Positions 48,772 to 58,590 of a stretch of 64,000 bases of DNA are shown here, in pieces. Origin of the DNA: an uncultured Chloroflexia bacterium. Its GTDB lineage: Bacteria; Chloroflexota; Limnocylindria; Limnocylindrales; CSP1-4. The position numbers and the translations under genes were made by a program. The stretch's first letter is position 1. The number at the start of each line of letters is the position of its first letter. A model generated the notes under the pieces. That model did no database searches. It was given only the letters and a program-made list of their open reading frames with translations, and had not been told where the DNA came from. The stretch spans positions 1,248,001 through 1,312,000 of the forward strand of contig CAWEZH010000002.1 of NCBI GenBank assembly GCA_963813535.1. The letters are read 5' to 3'.

Positions 48772-48822
48772 GACGGCCACGGTACGGGTGCCCGCCTCGC
48801 ACGGATACGGGTCGAGGGGCTT

Positions 48823-48888
48823 CGCTACATGCCTGCAATCTCGCATCCAAGCCGGGTTCGGCTTGCCGATAGGGACCATGCCGATACT
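48823..48888 (+). promoter_or_regulatory. Direct-repeat box CGCTAC-atgcc-TGCAAT plus -10-like GATACT
   Basis: Second half-site at 48834; GATACT at 48883 (49 bp). Confidence 0.55.
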
Positions 48889-49004
48889 GGAAGTCGGTCC
48901 TGTCGCGACTCCTGCTCTGGGGGACGGTCGCGATAGGACTCCTTTCTACTCGGCGAACCGAGCCCGCAGGCGACGGTCGACCGGCCCCGCAGGAGACCCC
49001 GGTC

Positions 49005-49976
49005 ATGGACGCAGTCACCATCGACGGAGCATCGAAGCACTTCGGCGACGAGGTCGTCTTGAGCGACGTCACGATCTCCGTCCAGGAAGGTTCGATCCTC
49101 GGGATCATCGGGCCGTCCGGCGCGGGCAAGACCACACTGGTTCGCCTCATGACCGGTGCGCTCGCCCCGACCGAGGGCGAGATCCGGGTCATGGGCGAGG
49201 ACCCGCAGCACCTGAAGCGGCGCACACGCGAGCGGATCGGCTACATGCCCCAGCTGTTCGCTCTCTACCCCGACCTCACGGCCCGCGAGAACGTCGATTT
49301 CGTGGCTTCTCTGTTCGGCCTGCTGTGGTGGCGCCGCCGACGGCGGACGCGTCAGGTGCTCGAGCTGGTGGACCTGTGGGACGTGCGCAAGAGACGCGCG
49401 GGCCGACTATCGGGCGGCATGCAGCGACGCCTCGAGCTTGCCTCGGCCCTGGTGCACGACCCACAGATCCTGTTCCTCGACGAGCCGACCGCCGGGATCG
49501 ACCCGCTGCTCCGTGCCGCGATCTGGCACGAGCTGACGCGGCTCCGCGACGCCGGCCGGACCCTGCTGGTGACCACCCAATACGTCGGCGAAGCCGAGCG
49601 CTGCGACGCCGTGCTCCTCATCTCGGACGGCAGGGTCATCGCGACCGGCACGCCCGACGAACTGCGCCGGTCGGCGATCGGCGGCGACCTGGTGGAGATC
49701 GAGACATCCGAGCCGATCGACGCCAGCGCCCTCCGCAGCATCGGCGGAATCCGGCGCATCGAGCAGCGCGGGCCGAACGAGATCCGGGCGACCGTCGACG
49801 AAGCGTCCAAGGTCCTCCCGGAGATCGTCGAGGCGATCAATGCGCTCGGGATCGACGTCGATTCTGCTGCTGAGGCGCGCCCGTCCTACGATGAGGTCTT
49901 CGCCATCCTCGTCGAGCGGGCGCGGTCATCCCCGCCGGATGGCGAACGCACCGCCGGCGGCGAGCGAGCCGCCTGA
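49005..49976 (+). CDS. ABC-2 type transporter ATP-binding protein
   Basis: GPSGAGKT, LSGGM, LFLDEPT. Confidence 0.95.
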   Translation: MDAVTIDGASKHFGDEVVLSDVTISVQEGSILGIIGPSGAGKTTLVRLMTGALAPTEGEIRVMGEDPQHLKRRTRERIGYMPQLFALYPDLTARENVDFVASLFGLLWWRRRRRTRQVLELVDLWDVRKRRAGRLSGGMQRRLELASALVHDPQILFLDEPTAGIDPLLRAAIWHELTRLRDAGRTLLVTTQYVGEAERCDAVLLISDGRVIATGTPDELRRSAIGGDLVEIETSEPIDASALRSIGGIRRIEQRGPNEIRATVDEASKVLPEIVEAINALGIDVDSAAEARPSYDEVFAILVERARSSPPDGERTAGGERAA

Positions 49977-51169
49977 TGCGGACCATCCTCACCACCATCT
50001 GGCGGCTGCTCGCCTTCGTCGGCAAGGAGCTCGTCGAGACCGTTCGGCGACCAGGCGCGATCGTGAGCCTCGTGGTCGGCCCATTCCTGATCATGGCCGT
50101 GTTCGGGCTGGGATTCAGCGGCATCCGGCGCCCGCTCGAAACGATCGTCGTGATCCCGCCAGCGAGCCAGCTCCCCGCCACCGAGGCCGACTACCAGGAA
50201 CTCGCCGGACCTGCCCTCCACATCGCCGGCGTCGTCGGGGATCGGACCGAGGCAGAGGCGAGCCTGCGAGCCGGTGACATCGACCTCGTGGTGGTCGCCC
50301 CCGAGGATCCCGAGGGCGCCTTCCGGGCGGGCGAGCGCTCGACGATCGAGATCCTGGTCGACGAGGTCGACCCCGTGGCCGAGAACTACGCCACCATCCT
50401 CGGCGGCGCCCTGGCGAATGCGGTGAACCGACAGATCATCGAGCAGGCCGTCGAGGAGGGTCAGGGCTACGCGGTCCAGGCCGGCGAGGAGGCGGTGGAG
50501 GCACTGTCACCGGAGGTGGTCGCCGCGCCGACCGAGGCCCGCCTTGCCAACCTCGCACCACAGAGCCCGACCGTCACGTCGTACTTCGGACCGGCCGTCC
50601 TCGCGCTGATCCTCCAACACCTCGCCGTGACCCTCGTCTCGATGTCGCTCGTGCGCGAACGCTCCAGCGGTGTGATGGAACTGTTCCGGATCGCCCCGGT
50701 CACCGCCTCCGAGGTGCTCGCGGGCAAGGTGCTGGCCTTCGGCCTGCTCGGTTTCGTGGTCGCCGGACTGACGATCGTGCTGATGGTGACTTTCCTTGGC
50801 GTGCCGTCACTGGCCGATCCGGGGGCGCTCGCAGGGGTCGTGGGTCTGCTGCTCCTGGCGTCTCTCGGGTTCGGGCTGCTGATCGCCGTCGTCTCCGACT
50901 CGGAGCGGCAAGCCGTGCAGCTGTCCCTGCTGGTGCTGCTCGCCTCGGTGTTCTTCAGCGGCTTCGTCCTGGCCATCGACCAGTTCACGCCACCCGTGCG
51001 CGCGCTCGCGTATGCGCTACCGGTGACCCACGGGATCCAGCTGCTGCAGGACGTGATGCTGCGCGGGTCGACGAACAACCTATGGCAGGCCGGCGCGCTC
51101 GGCGTGATCGCCGCGGTGACGCTGATCGCGGCCTGGCTCCTGTTGCGCCGCAATATGCGAACGGCCTAG
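49976..51169 (+). CDS. ABC-2 type permease
   Basis: TM pattern, VRERSSGVME, AGK, FFSG. Confidence 0.92.
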   Translation: MRTILTTIWRLLAFVGKELVETVRRPGAIVSLVVGPFLIMAVFGLGFSGIRRPLETIVVIPPASQLPATEADYQELAGPALHIAGVVGDRTEAEASLRAGDIDLVVVAPEDPEGAFRAGERSTIEILVDEVDPVAENYATILGGALANAVNRQIIEQAVEEGQGYAVQAGEEAVEALSPEVVAAPTEARLANLAPQSPTVTSYFGPAVLALILQHLAVTLVSMSLVRERSSGVMELFRIAPVTASEVLAGKVLAFGLLGFVVAGLTIVLMVTFLGVPSLADPGALAGVVGLLLLASLGFGLLIAVVSDSERQAVQLSLLVLLASVFFSGFVLAIDQFTPPVRALAYALPVTHGIQLLQDVMLRGSTNNLWQAGALGVIAAVTLIAAWLLLRRNMRTA

Positions 51170-51183
51170 TAGCTCCGCAGCGC

Positions 51184-51249
51184 TGCCACGGGCCTGCAAC
51201 GCCCGCTCGCGCGATGCGCGCCAAGCCGTTGCGGCCTCACTGCCACCCT
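51184..51249 (+). promoter_or_regulatory. Direct-repeat box TGCCAC-gggcc-TGCAAC plus TGn-CACCCT
   Basis: Second half-site at 51195; CACCCT at 51244 (49 bp). Confidence 0.6.
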
Positions 51250-51281
51250 GTGATCAGCGACCTCCCGCATGGAGAAGCCCG

Positions 51282-51467
51282 ATGACCGACGAACGAACCA
51301 ACGAGTTCCCGGGGACGCATACGGATGACGACGAGACGGGCGACGACGCCAGGGACGCCGTCGACCGCGAGCCGCAGCCCGACAAGGATGAGCCGAACCC
51401 GCTGCTGCGCGAGGGCGCGAGCGCCCCGGACGCCGCGGACATCGAGGACCCTGACGAGCAGCTGTGA
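51282..51467 (+). CDS. Small acidic hydrophilic protein
   Basis: GGAG RBS; 61 aa, D/E-rich. Confidence 0.6.
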   Translation: MTDERTNEFPGTHTDDDETGDDARDAVDREPQPDKDEPNPLLREGASAPDAADIEDPDEQL

Positions 51468-51492
51468 GAGCGGCGGCCTCGACGTCGCAGCG

Positions 51493-52623
51493 TCAGGCGG
51501 GGACTTCGGCCGCTCCGGTCGGCTCGATCTGGGGCTCCGCGATGATCGGGACCGTGACGCGACGGCGCGGCGACGACTCGTTGCCGAGCATCTCGCGGTA
51601 GATCGCCTCATAACCGTCGGTCATCCGCTCCACCGAGAACCGCTCGATGACCGAATCCCGGATCGCCTGGCGATCAAGATCGGCGACGCGGTCGACGCGG
51701 AACGCCATGGCGCGCACGTCGTCTCCGAAGAAGCCATCGACACCATCGCGAACGAGCTCCGGTAGTGCGCCCGTCGGCCGCGCGATGACCGGGGTGCCGC
51801 AGGCCAGTGCCTCGATGGCGACGAGACCGAACGGCTCCGGCCACGACCCGGGCATCAGCGCCGCGTAGCTCTCGGCGAAGAGCTGGTCCCGATCGGCCTG
51901 CGAGATCTCGCCCACGTACTCCACAGAGTCGCCGGCGGCCTTGAGGGCCGGATGGAAGACCTCATCGTAGTATTCGCGCTCGATGCCGCCGGCGGCGACC
52001 TTGGCGGCGATCTTCAGGCGACGCCCAGCCGCCTGGGCGATCTCGATCGACTCGACGATCCCCTTCTCGGGAGCGACCCGCCCGACGAAGCACAGCGCGT
52101 CCGAGCGCGCCTTGCCGAACGGCGACTCAGCGAGTCGAAGCCCGTTGTATACGACGCCCGCCCATGGGATGTCTGGATGGGTCGACGCCTGGTTCTGGCT
52201 GATGGCCACGAGCCCCTGTGGCGGATCCGCCAACAGCTCCTCGGCCCATGGCAGATCGAGACGACCGTGGAATGTGGACACGACCGGCACCGGCGAGATC
52301 CGCGCCAGCAGCAAGCTCATCCACTCGAGGTGACTGTGGATCAGGTCGAACTCGCGCACGTGAGCGAGGACCGCGTGCAACGTCTGCTGAAAGTACGGCA
52401 ACGAGTCACCCGTGTAGCCGATCGGCCGCAGGGCATTCGGGACCGTCTCGATGTGGCGCCCGGGCACGATCGAATCGCCGCTGGCGAACGTCGTGACGGC
52501 GTGTCCGCGCCGGTCGAGCTCGGTGACGAGGCCGTGCACGATCCTCTCCGTCCCGCCGTACGCGGCGGGCGGGACACGTTCGAACGGTGGTGCGACCTGG
52601 GCGATCCGAAGGGGAACTGACAA
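51493..52623 (-). CDS. Glycosyltransferase family 4
   Basis: RIAQVAP..VPP..YGGTER, GRVAPEKG, EPFGLVAIEALACGTPV. Confidence 0.95.
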   Translation of the reverse strand: MSVPLRIAQVAPPFERVPPAAYGGTERIVHGLVTELDRRGHAVTTFASGDSIVPGRHIETVPNALRPIGYTGDSLPYFQQTLHAVLAHVREFDLIHSHLEWMSLLLARISPVPVVSTFHGRLDLPWAEELLADPPQGLVAISQNQASTHPDIPWAGVVYNGLRLAESPFGKARSDALCFVGRVAPEKGIVESIEIAQAAGRRLKIAAKVAAGGIEREYYDEVFHPALKAAGDSVEYVGEISQADRDQLFAESYAALMPGSWPEPFGLVAIEALACGTPVIARPTGALPELVRDGVDGFFGDDVRAMAFRVDRVADLDRQAIRDSVIERFSVERMTDGYEAIYREMLGNESSPRRRVTVPIIAEPQIEPTGAAEVPA

Positions 52624-52716
52624 CGGTGGCTCCGAAAAACGAGGTTGACCGCGAACCCCTCGAGGGAGCCCGCGGTCATAGTGTCTCACTCCCGGTCCGA
52701 CCGGGAGTCCTAGGCG

Positions 52717-53163
52717 TTAGCGATCGGGATCGAGATCCGGCCGACGGCCTTCCTTGAGGTCCTCTTCGGTCTTGTCGCCGACGCCGGCGCCACCGGCAGC
52801 GCCGACCGCACCGCCAACGACCGCGCCGGGAGGCCCGGCCACCGCGGCACCGATGGCGGCGCCGGCGGCACCTCCGCCCAGTGCGCCGGTCCCGGAACCC
52901 GTCTCGTCGTCGCCTTCCGCGGCCTCACCGGCGACGGCACCACCGACCGCGCCGATCGCGCCACCGACGACGGCACCCGGAGGGCCGCCGACCGCCGCGC
53001 CGACCGCCGCACCCGCGAGGGCCCCGCCACCAGCGCCGAGCGCTTCGGCACCAACCTCGTCGTCGTCGTCGACGGCATCACGGCGATCCATCGCCTCCCT
53101 GTCGAGGGTGGGGTCGAGCGGGTCGACGTCACCATCGATGCGGTCCCTGTCAGTCCTATCCAT
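52717..53163 (-). CDS. Glycine-zipper protein with internal duplication
   Basis: AGGAGG RBS; two GAAxGAAVxGPPGAVVGGAxGA repeats. Confidence 0.8.
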   Translation of the reverse strand: MDRTDRDRIDGDVDPLDPTLDREAMDRRDAVDDDDEVGAEALGAGGGALAGAAVGAAVGGPPGAVVGGAIGAVGGAVAGEAAEGDDETGSGTGALGGGAAGAAIGAAVAGPPGAVVGGAVGAAGGAGVGDKTEEDLKEGRRPDLDPDR

Positions 53164-53374
53164 CGTCGATCGGCCTCCTTGACCTGGGGGTCCAGCGGAC
53201 CGTACGGGACCGTTCCACGGCCGGATGTCATCGCCACTGGGTGCGGTGTATCACCCGGATATCAGCGGTCCGTGTGTGCTTCACGAGCGGTGTCACCTGT
53301 CACCGTCGAGCCGGCCTCGGACCGGCGTGGGTCATACTTCCTGCCGACCTCGTGGACCCGCAGGGAGGAGCGCG

Positions 53375-55030
53375 TTGACGGACCACGAACCGGGAACGGC
53401 AGCCACAGCTTCAGGCCGCGCCAAGGGCGAGATCGCGCGGACGCGCGACGTTCGCCTCGAGACCGGGCAGGCCATCCTCGCCGGTCTGTTCATCGCGTGG
53501 CTTGCGATCGCGACGAAGGCGGCGATCAACGAGGCAGTCGGGGCCAACTCCTATTACGTGATCCTGATGGCCGCGGCCGTGCTCGCGGCCTGGTTCGGCG
53601 GGCTCTCCGGCGGCATCACCGCAGTCGTCGCGACGGTCGTCCTGAACCAGGTCATCTTCGTCGGCAGAGAGAGCGCCCCGAATGCCGCCCAGTTCCTGCA
53701 GGCGCTCTACCTCGTCACTGCGACGGCGACGGTCCTCCTGGTGGCATCGCGCCGTGCCGCCACCGATCGCCTGGCAGATGCGCTGGCGGAGGTTGCGGCT
53801 CTGGCGGAGGAGGTCGAGGCGCGGGACGCCCGGCTCGAGCTGATGCTGTCGGCGTCCGGCACAGGCTTCTGGGAATGGGACATCGACACCGGTGTGCTGA
53901 CCTGGTCCGAGGCCATCTTCCGACAGCACGGCCTCGAGCCCGGTCCCGAGGCGCCGGAGTTCGCCGCCTACCTGGACATGATCCATCCGGACGACCGCGG
54001 GACGTTCGAGAGTGCCATCGCTTCAGCGCTCGACGATGTCGGCGGCTTCTCACTCGATTTCCGCGTCGTCTGGCCCGACGGCTCGATCCACTGGACCCAT
54101 GGCGCCGGCAGGATCTTCAAGGACGATGCGGGGCGGCCGATCCGGATGATCGGCACCGGCCAGGACATCACCGACCGTCGACGGATCTCCGACGAGCGCG
54201 ACCGACTCCTTGACGACGAGCGACGGGCCGGGGCATTCCGCGAGGCCTTCGTTGACGTCATCAGCCATGAGCTTCGAACGCCGATCACGACGATCATGGG
54301 GCTCGCCCAGATCCTGGCTCGGCCCGGACGCACCGATGACGAGGCGTCGCGGATGGCGCTCCTCGAGGACGTCCGCTCCGAATCGGAGCGATTGCATCGA
54401 CTCGTGGAGGATCTGGTCGTTCTCAGCCGCGTCGAACGCGGGCGCCTCGAGGTGGAGGCCGAGCCCATCGAAGCGCGCCGGCTCATCGACCGCATCGTCA
54501 CGCAGGAAGCGCGCGAGCTTCCGACCATCACGGTGGAGACGGATCTCGACCTCGACCTGCCGATCGTCGCGGGCGAGACCACCTATGTCGAGCAGATCGT
54601 GCGCAACCTGTTGAACAACGCCGCGAAGTACACGCCGGCGGGAACGCGGGTCGTGGTGTCGGCGAAGAAAGCCGACGGCGCCGTCGAGATCCGGGTGAGC
54701 GACGAAGGGCCGGGCATCCCGCGCTCCTCGCTCGATCGGATCTTCGAGCTCTTCTACCGGGACCCGACCAGCTCGCGCATCGTGGCCGGCTCGGGCATCG
54801 GCCTCTTCGTCTGCGCCAGCCTGGTCGAGGCGATGGGCGGGCGGATCTGGGCGCGGCGGCCGGAGGGAGGCGGCACGGAAATCGGCTTCGCCTTGCGGGT
54901 CCTCGAGCCGGATCCGTCGGACGACCATGATTGGGTGGCGGCCAAGCCACCGACCGCGACGCTGAGTGCGCCACTGGCGGCCCCGGATCCGACACCGGCC
55001 CTCAGCGAGGGAACGACCCAGGCCACCTGA
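53375..55030 (+). CDS. Orphan membrane (DUF4118-like) PAS histidine kinase
   Basis: TM region, GFWEWD..IHPDDR (PAS), SHELRTP, NLLNNAAKY, GSGIGL; GGAGGAG RBS with TTG start. Confidence 0.93.
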   Translation: MTDHEPGTAATASGRAKGEIARTRDVRLETGQAILAGLFIAWLAIATKAAINEAVGANSYYVILMAAAVLAAWFGGLSGGITAVVATVVLNQVIFVGRESAPNAAQFLQALYLVTATATVLLVASRRAATDRLADALAEVAALAEEVEARDARLELMLSASGTGFWEWDIDTGVLTWSEAIFRQHGLEPGPEAPEFAAYLDMIHPDDRGTFESAIASALDDVGGFSLDFRVVWPDGSIHWTHGAGRIFKDDAGRPIRMIGTGQDITDRRRISDERDRLLDDERRAGAFREAFVDVISHELRTPITTIMGLAQILARPGRTDDEASRMALLEDVRSESERLHRLVEDLVVLSRVERGRLEVEAEPIEARRLIDRIVTQEARELPTITVETDLDLDLPIVAGETTYVEQIVRNLLNNAAKYTPAGTRVVVSAKKADGAVEIRVSDEGPGIPRSSLDRIFELFYRDPTSSRIVAGSGIGLFVCASLVEAMGGRIWARRPEGGGTEIGFALRVLEPDPSDDHDWVAAKPPTATLSAPLAAPDPTPALSEGTTQAT

Positions 55031-55045
55031 GTCCGTCGCCGGCGG

Positions 55046-57736
55046 TCAGAGAGCGGCCGGGTCGACCTTGTCGGGATCGAGACCGAGATCACGCACCGCC
55101 TTCGCGGCCTTGGCCGGCGGGAGCGCCCCGCAGCGCGCAAGGGCGACCATGGTCGCGGCGGCGATGTGCTTCGGGTCGATCTCGAACAGCGCACGCAGGT
55201 CTTCGCGGGTGCCGCTGCGACCGAAGCCATCGGTGCCGAGCGAGAGGTAGTGATCCGGTAGCCAGCGCGCGACCATGTCCGGCAGAGCCTTCAGCCAGTC
55301 GGTCGCAACGACGATCGGGCCACCCTCGAACGGCAGGATCTGGCTGACGTACGGAACGCGCGGCTTGCGCGCGTCGGGGTGGAAGCGGTTCCACCGTTCA
55401 GCCTCGAGCGCCTCCCGTCGGAGGAGCGGGAATGACGGCGCGCTGAAGATCTCGGCCGCGACGCCGAACCGCTCGGCCAGCAGGTCGCGCGCAGCGATGG
55501 ACTGCTCGAGGATGGCTCCCGACCCGACCAATCGCGCCAGATGGGCGTCCTTGCCGATCGAGGGTGCCTCGGCGAAGCGGTACAGGCCGCGCAGGATCTG
55601 CTCGTCCGTCAGGCCCTCGGGTCGCGCCGGCTGCTTGTAGTTCTCGTTGTGGATGGTGATGTAGTAGAAGACGTCCTCGGGCTTCGCGCCGTACATCCGC
55701 TCGATGCCGTCGCGCACGATCGCTGCCAGCTCGTAGGCGTACGCCGGGTCGTAGCCGCGCACATTCGGGATATTCGCTGCGAGCAGGTGCGAGTGCCCGT
55801 CATCGTGCTGCAGTCCCTCGCCGGCGAGAGTCGTCCGTCCGGATGTCGCGCCCATCAGGAAGCCGCGGCCACGTGCATCGCCGAACTGCCACATCTGGTC
55901 GCCGGTCCGCTGGAAGCCGAACATCGAGTAGAAGATGTAGAACGGGATCATCGAGAGACCGTGCGTGGCATATGACGTGCCGGCCGCCTGGAACGACGCC
56001 ATCGAGCCGGCTTCGGTGATGCCCTCCTCGAGGACCTGCCCGTCGGTCGCCTCGCGATACGACAGCACCAGGTCGGAGTCGACCGGCTCGTAGCGCTGAC
56101 CCAGCGCGGCGTAGATCCCGACCTCCTTGAACAACGGGTCCATCCCGAACGTGCGCGCTTCGTCGGGGATGATCGGCACGATGCGCGGACCGAGCTCCTT
56201 GTCGCGGATCAGGTTCCGCAGGATGCGGCTGAAGACCATCGTCGTCGAGACCGGCGTCTGGCTGCCGCCCTCGAACTCGGCGTCGACCTCGGGCGCTGGA
56301 GCTGGCAGTGGCTTCGAGCGGACGACTCGCTTGGGGATCTCGCCGCCGAGTGCCACGCGTCGTTCGCGCAGGTACTGGACTTCCTCGGAGTCGGGGCCGG
56401 GGTGGTAGTACGGCGCGTCCTTGAGCTTGTCGTCCGGGATCGGGAGCTGGAGTCGATCGCGGAAGACCGTCAGCTCCTTCTCCGATAGCTTCTTGGCCTG
56501 GTGGGTGATGTTGCGGGCCTCGACGCCCGGACCGAGCGTCCACCCCTTCACGGTCTTGGCGAGGATGACCGTCGGGGCGCCCTTGAACTCCACCGCGGCC
56601 TTGTAGGCGGCGTACAGCTTCCGGTAGTCGTGACCGCCTCGGCGCAGCTTGGCAAGGTCGTCGTCGGAGAGGTGCTCGACGAGCTTCCGCAGCCGCTGGT
56701 CGGGGCCGAAGAAGTGCTCGCGGATGTAGCCACCGCCGGCGACGCTGAACTTCTGGAACTCTCCGTCGAGTGTGTCGTTCATCTGCTGGACGAGGACCCC
56801 GTCCACGTCGCGCGCAAGCAACTCGTCCCACTCGCGGGCCCAGATGACCTTGATGACGTTCCAGCCGGAGCCTCGGAAGACCGCCTCGAGCTCCTGGATG
56901 ATCTTGCCGTTGCCACGAACCGGCCCGTCGAGTCGCTGCAGGTTGCAGTTGACGACGAAGGTCAGGTTGTCGAGCCCTTCGCGAGCGGCGACATGGAGCG
57001 CGCCGAGCGACTCCGGCTCGTCCGTCTCGCCGTCGCCGAGGAAGGCCCACACGCGCGAACCCGACGTATCGAGCAGGCCGCGGTTCTGGAGATACCGATT
57101 GAAGCGAGCCTGGTAGATCGCACTGATCGGCCCGAGACCCATCGAGACCGTCGGGTATTCCCAGAAGTCGGGCATCAGACGGGGATGCGGATAGGAGCTG
57201 AGCCCCACGCCCGGCTTGCCCTCACGGCGGAAGTGGTCCAGCTGGCTCTCGCTCAGGCGTCCCTCCAGGAACGCGCGGGCATAGATGCCGGGGGCCGCGT
57301 GACCCTGGTAGAAGATCTGGTCGCCCGCCGCGCCGTCGTCCTTGCCACGGAAGAAATGGTTGAACCCGACCTCGTACAGGCTGGCCGAGCTGGCATACGT
57401 GGACAGGTGACCGCCGATGCCCGCGAACTGGTTGTTCGCGCGAAGCACCATCGCGACCGCGTTCCAGCGCACGATGCGACGGATGCGAAGTTCCATCGCC
57501 TCGTCGCCCGGGAAGGCCGGTTCCTGCTCCGGGCTGATGGTGTTGATGTAGCGCGTCTGCGTCAGCGGCGGCAGACCGATCTGCAACTGCCGGGCGCGCT
57601 TGAGCAACTTGTAGACGAGGAACCTGGCGCGGGTCTCACCCTCCTGCTCGACCACCTGGTCGAGCGACGTCATCCAGTCCTCGGTCTCCGCGGGGTCGAT
57701 GTCGGGCAGCTGGTGCTTGAACTCGTCGAAATACAT
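55046..57736 (-). CDS. aceE: Pyruvate dehydrogenase E1, homodimeric type
   Basis: GGHLSTYAS, YPHP, TVSMGLG, GDGETDEPES, DEARTFG, YSMFGFQR, GEGLQH. Confidence 0.97.
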   Translation of the reverse strand: MYFDEFKHQLPDIDPAETEDWMTSLDQVVEQEGETRARFLVYKLLKRARQLQIGLPPLTQTRYINTISPEQEPAFPGDEAMELRIRRIVRWNAVAMVLRANNQFAGIGGHLSTYASSASLYEVGFNHFFRGKDDGAAGDQIFYQGHAAPGIYARAFLEGRLSESQLDHFRREGKPGVGLSSYPHPRLMPDFWEYPTVSMGLGPISAIYQARFNRYLQNRGLLDTSGSRVWAFLGDGETDEPESLGALHVAAREGLDNLTFVVNCNLQRLDGPVRGNGKIIQELEAVFRGSGWNVIKVIWAREWDELLARDVDGVLVQQMNDTLDGEFQKFSVAGGGYIREHFFGPDQRLRKLVEHLSDDDLAKLRRGGHDYRKLYAAYKAAVEFKGAPTVILAKTVKGWTLGPGVEARNITHQAKKLSEKELTVFRDRLQLPIPDDKLKDAPYYHPGPDSEEVQYLRERRVALGGEIPKRVVRSKPLPAPAPEVDAEFEGGSQTPVSTTMVFSRILRNLIRDKELGPRIVPIIPDEARTFGMDPLFKEVGIYAALGQRYEPVDSDLVLSYREATDGQVLEEGITEAGSMASFQAAGTSYATHGLSMIPFYIFYSMFGFQRTGDQMWQFGDARGRGFLMGATSGRTTLAGEGLQHDDGHSHLLAANIPNVRGYDPAYAYELAAIVRDGIERMYGAKPEDVFYYITIHNENYKQPARPEGLTDEQILRGLYRFAEAPSIGKDAHLARLVGSGAILEQSIAARDLLAERFGVAAEIFSAPSFPLLRREALEAERWNRFHPDARKPRVPYVSQILPFEGGPIVVATDWLKALPDMVARWLPDHYLSLGTDGFGRSGTREDLRALFEIDPKHIAAATMVALARCGALPPAKAAKAVRDLGLDPDKVDPAAL

Positions 57737-57789
57737 GCTCGTGTCTATCGTAGGGCGCTCCGTCCTCGGGCGGAGGTTGCGGGTGGGAA

Positions 57790-58179
57790 CTACTCCGTTT
57801 CGAGACCCTCCTGCGCCACGCCCTCCAGGCGGAGGGTGGTGTCGAGGATCTCGTCGCGGACCATCGACCGAGTCGACGGATCGCCCGCGTACTTGCGCTC
57901 CAACGCGGCCGAGGTTCGGGCGGTGGATCCGGGATCGTGGGCCGGGATCGCCCGTGCGGGTATCCGCCGCTTGCCGACGTGGATCGCGATCTCGGGGTTC
58001 GCCACCGCCTCCCGATACCACCTAGCCGTCGGACCACGCCAGGATCGGACGAACACATCGTCGCCGTCGACGACGGCCCAGATGGTCGTCCGATGGATCG
58101 GACCAGCGCCGCGGGACGTCTCGATGCGGACGGTCTTCGCCCGGTCGATGAGGTCCAGGTCGTCCTTCGTCATGGCCAT
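57790..58179 (-). CDS. DUF2255 family protein
   Basis: TTIWAVVDGDDVFVRSWRG..WYR..RKY. Confidence 0.8.
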   Translation of the reverse strand: MAMTKDDLDLIDRAKTVRIETSRGAGPIHRTTIWAVVDGDDVFVRSWRGPTARWYREAVANPEIAIHVGKRRIPARAIPAHDPGSTARTSAALERKYAGDPSTRSMVRDEILDTTLRLEGVAQEGLETE

Positions 58180-58248
58180 GGCTGCAGGGTAGCGGCGCCC
58201 GATGGCACGTGTCGCTGGGCTCGTCGCGGTCTGCGCGAGCGGCCGTCC

Positions 58249-58276
58249 TGTAATGCCGATGTATCGGTTTTGCAAT
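58249..58276 (+). promoter_or_regulatory. Triple 11-bp direct repeat TGTAAT/TGTATC/TGCAAT
   Basis: Half-sites at 58249, 58260 and 58271, upstream of the small protein and OmpR regulator. Confidence 0.65.
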
Positions 58277-58339
58277 GTCGGTCGGCCATCGGCGGCAGGG
58301 GTCGGCCGGGATGCTGGCCTCCTAGGAGGTTCGACAGAC

Positions 58340-58531
58340 ATGACCGATCATCACGACACCGTGGTCGTCAAGGACGGCGGCTCCAACACCGGGGTGATCC
58401 TCGGGATCATCGCGATCATCATCGTGCTCGCCCTCGGGTGGTATTTTCTGATGGGCCCTGGCGCGGGTTCCACCAGCCAGCCCAGCGACGTCAACGTCAA
58501 CGTCGAGCTGCCGAGCGTCGCGCCGTCCTGA
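58340..58531 (+). CDS. Small single-TM protein
   Basis: AGGAGG RBS; GVILGIIAIIIVLALGWYFL. Confidence 0.8.
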   Translation: MTDHHDTVVVKDGGSNTGVILGIIAIIIVLALGWYFLMGPGAGSTSQPSDVNVNVELPSVAPS

Positions 58532-58590
58532 GCGACGGTCCGCTGACGTTCGGACGCCTCGTCCGGCACCATTGACCCAGGAGGTGCCAT

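Noticed and set aside
53249-53303. TATCAC-N5-TATCAG and TGTCACCTGTCAC as further regulon boxes
   Set aside because: Half-sites or spacing deviate and no -10-like hexamer sits at the 49-50 bp offset; left uncounted.
56501-58192. 563-aa plus-strand ORF
   Set aside because: Antisense shadow of aceE with no motifs.
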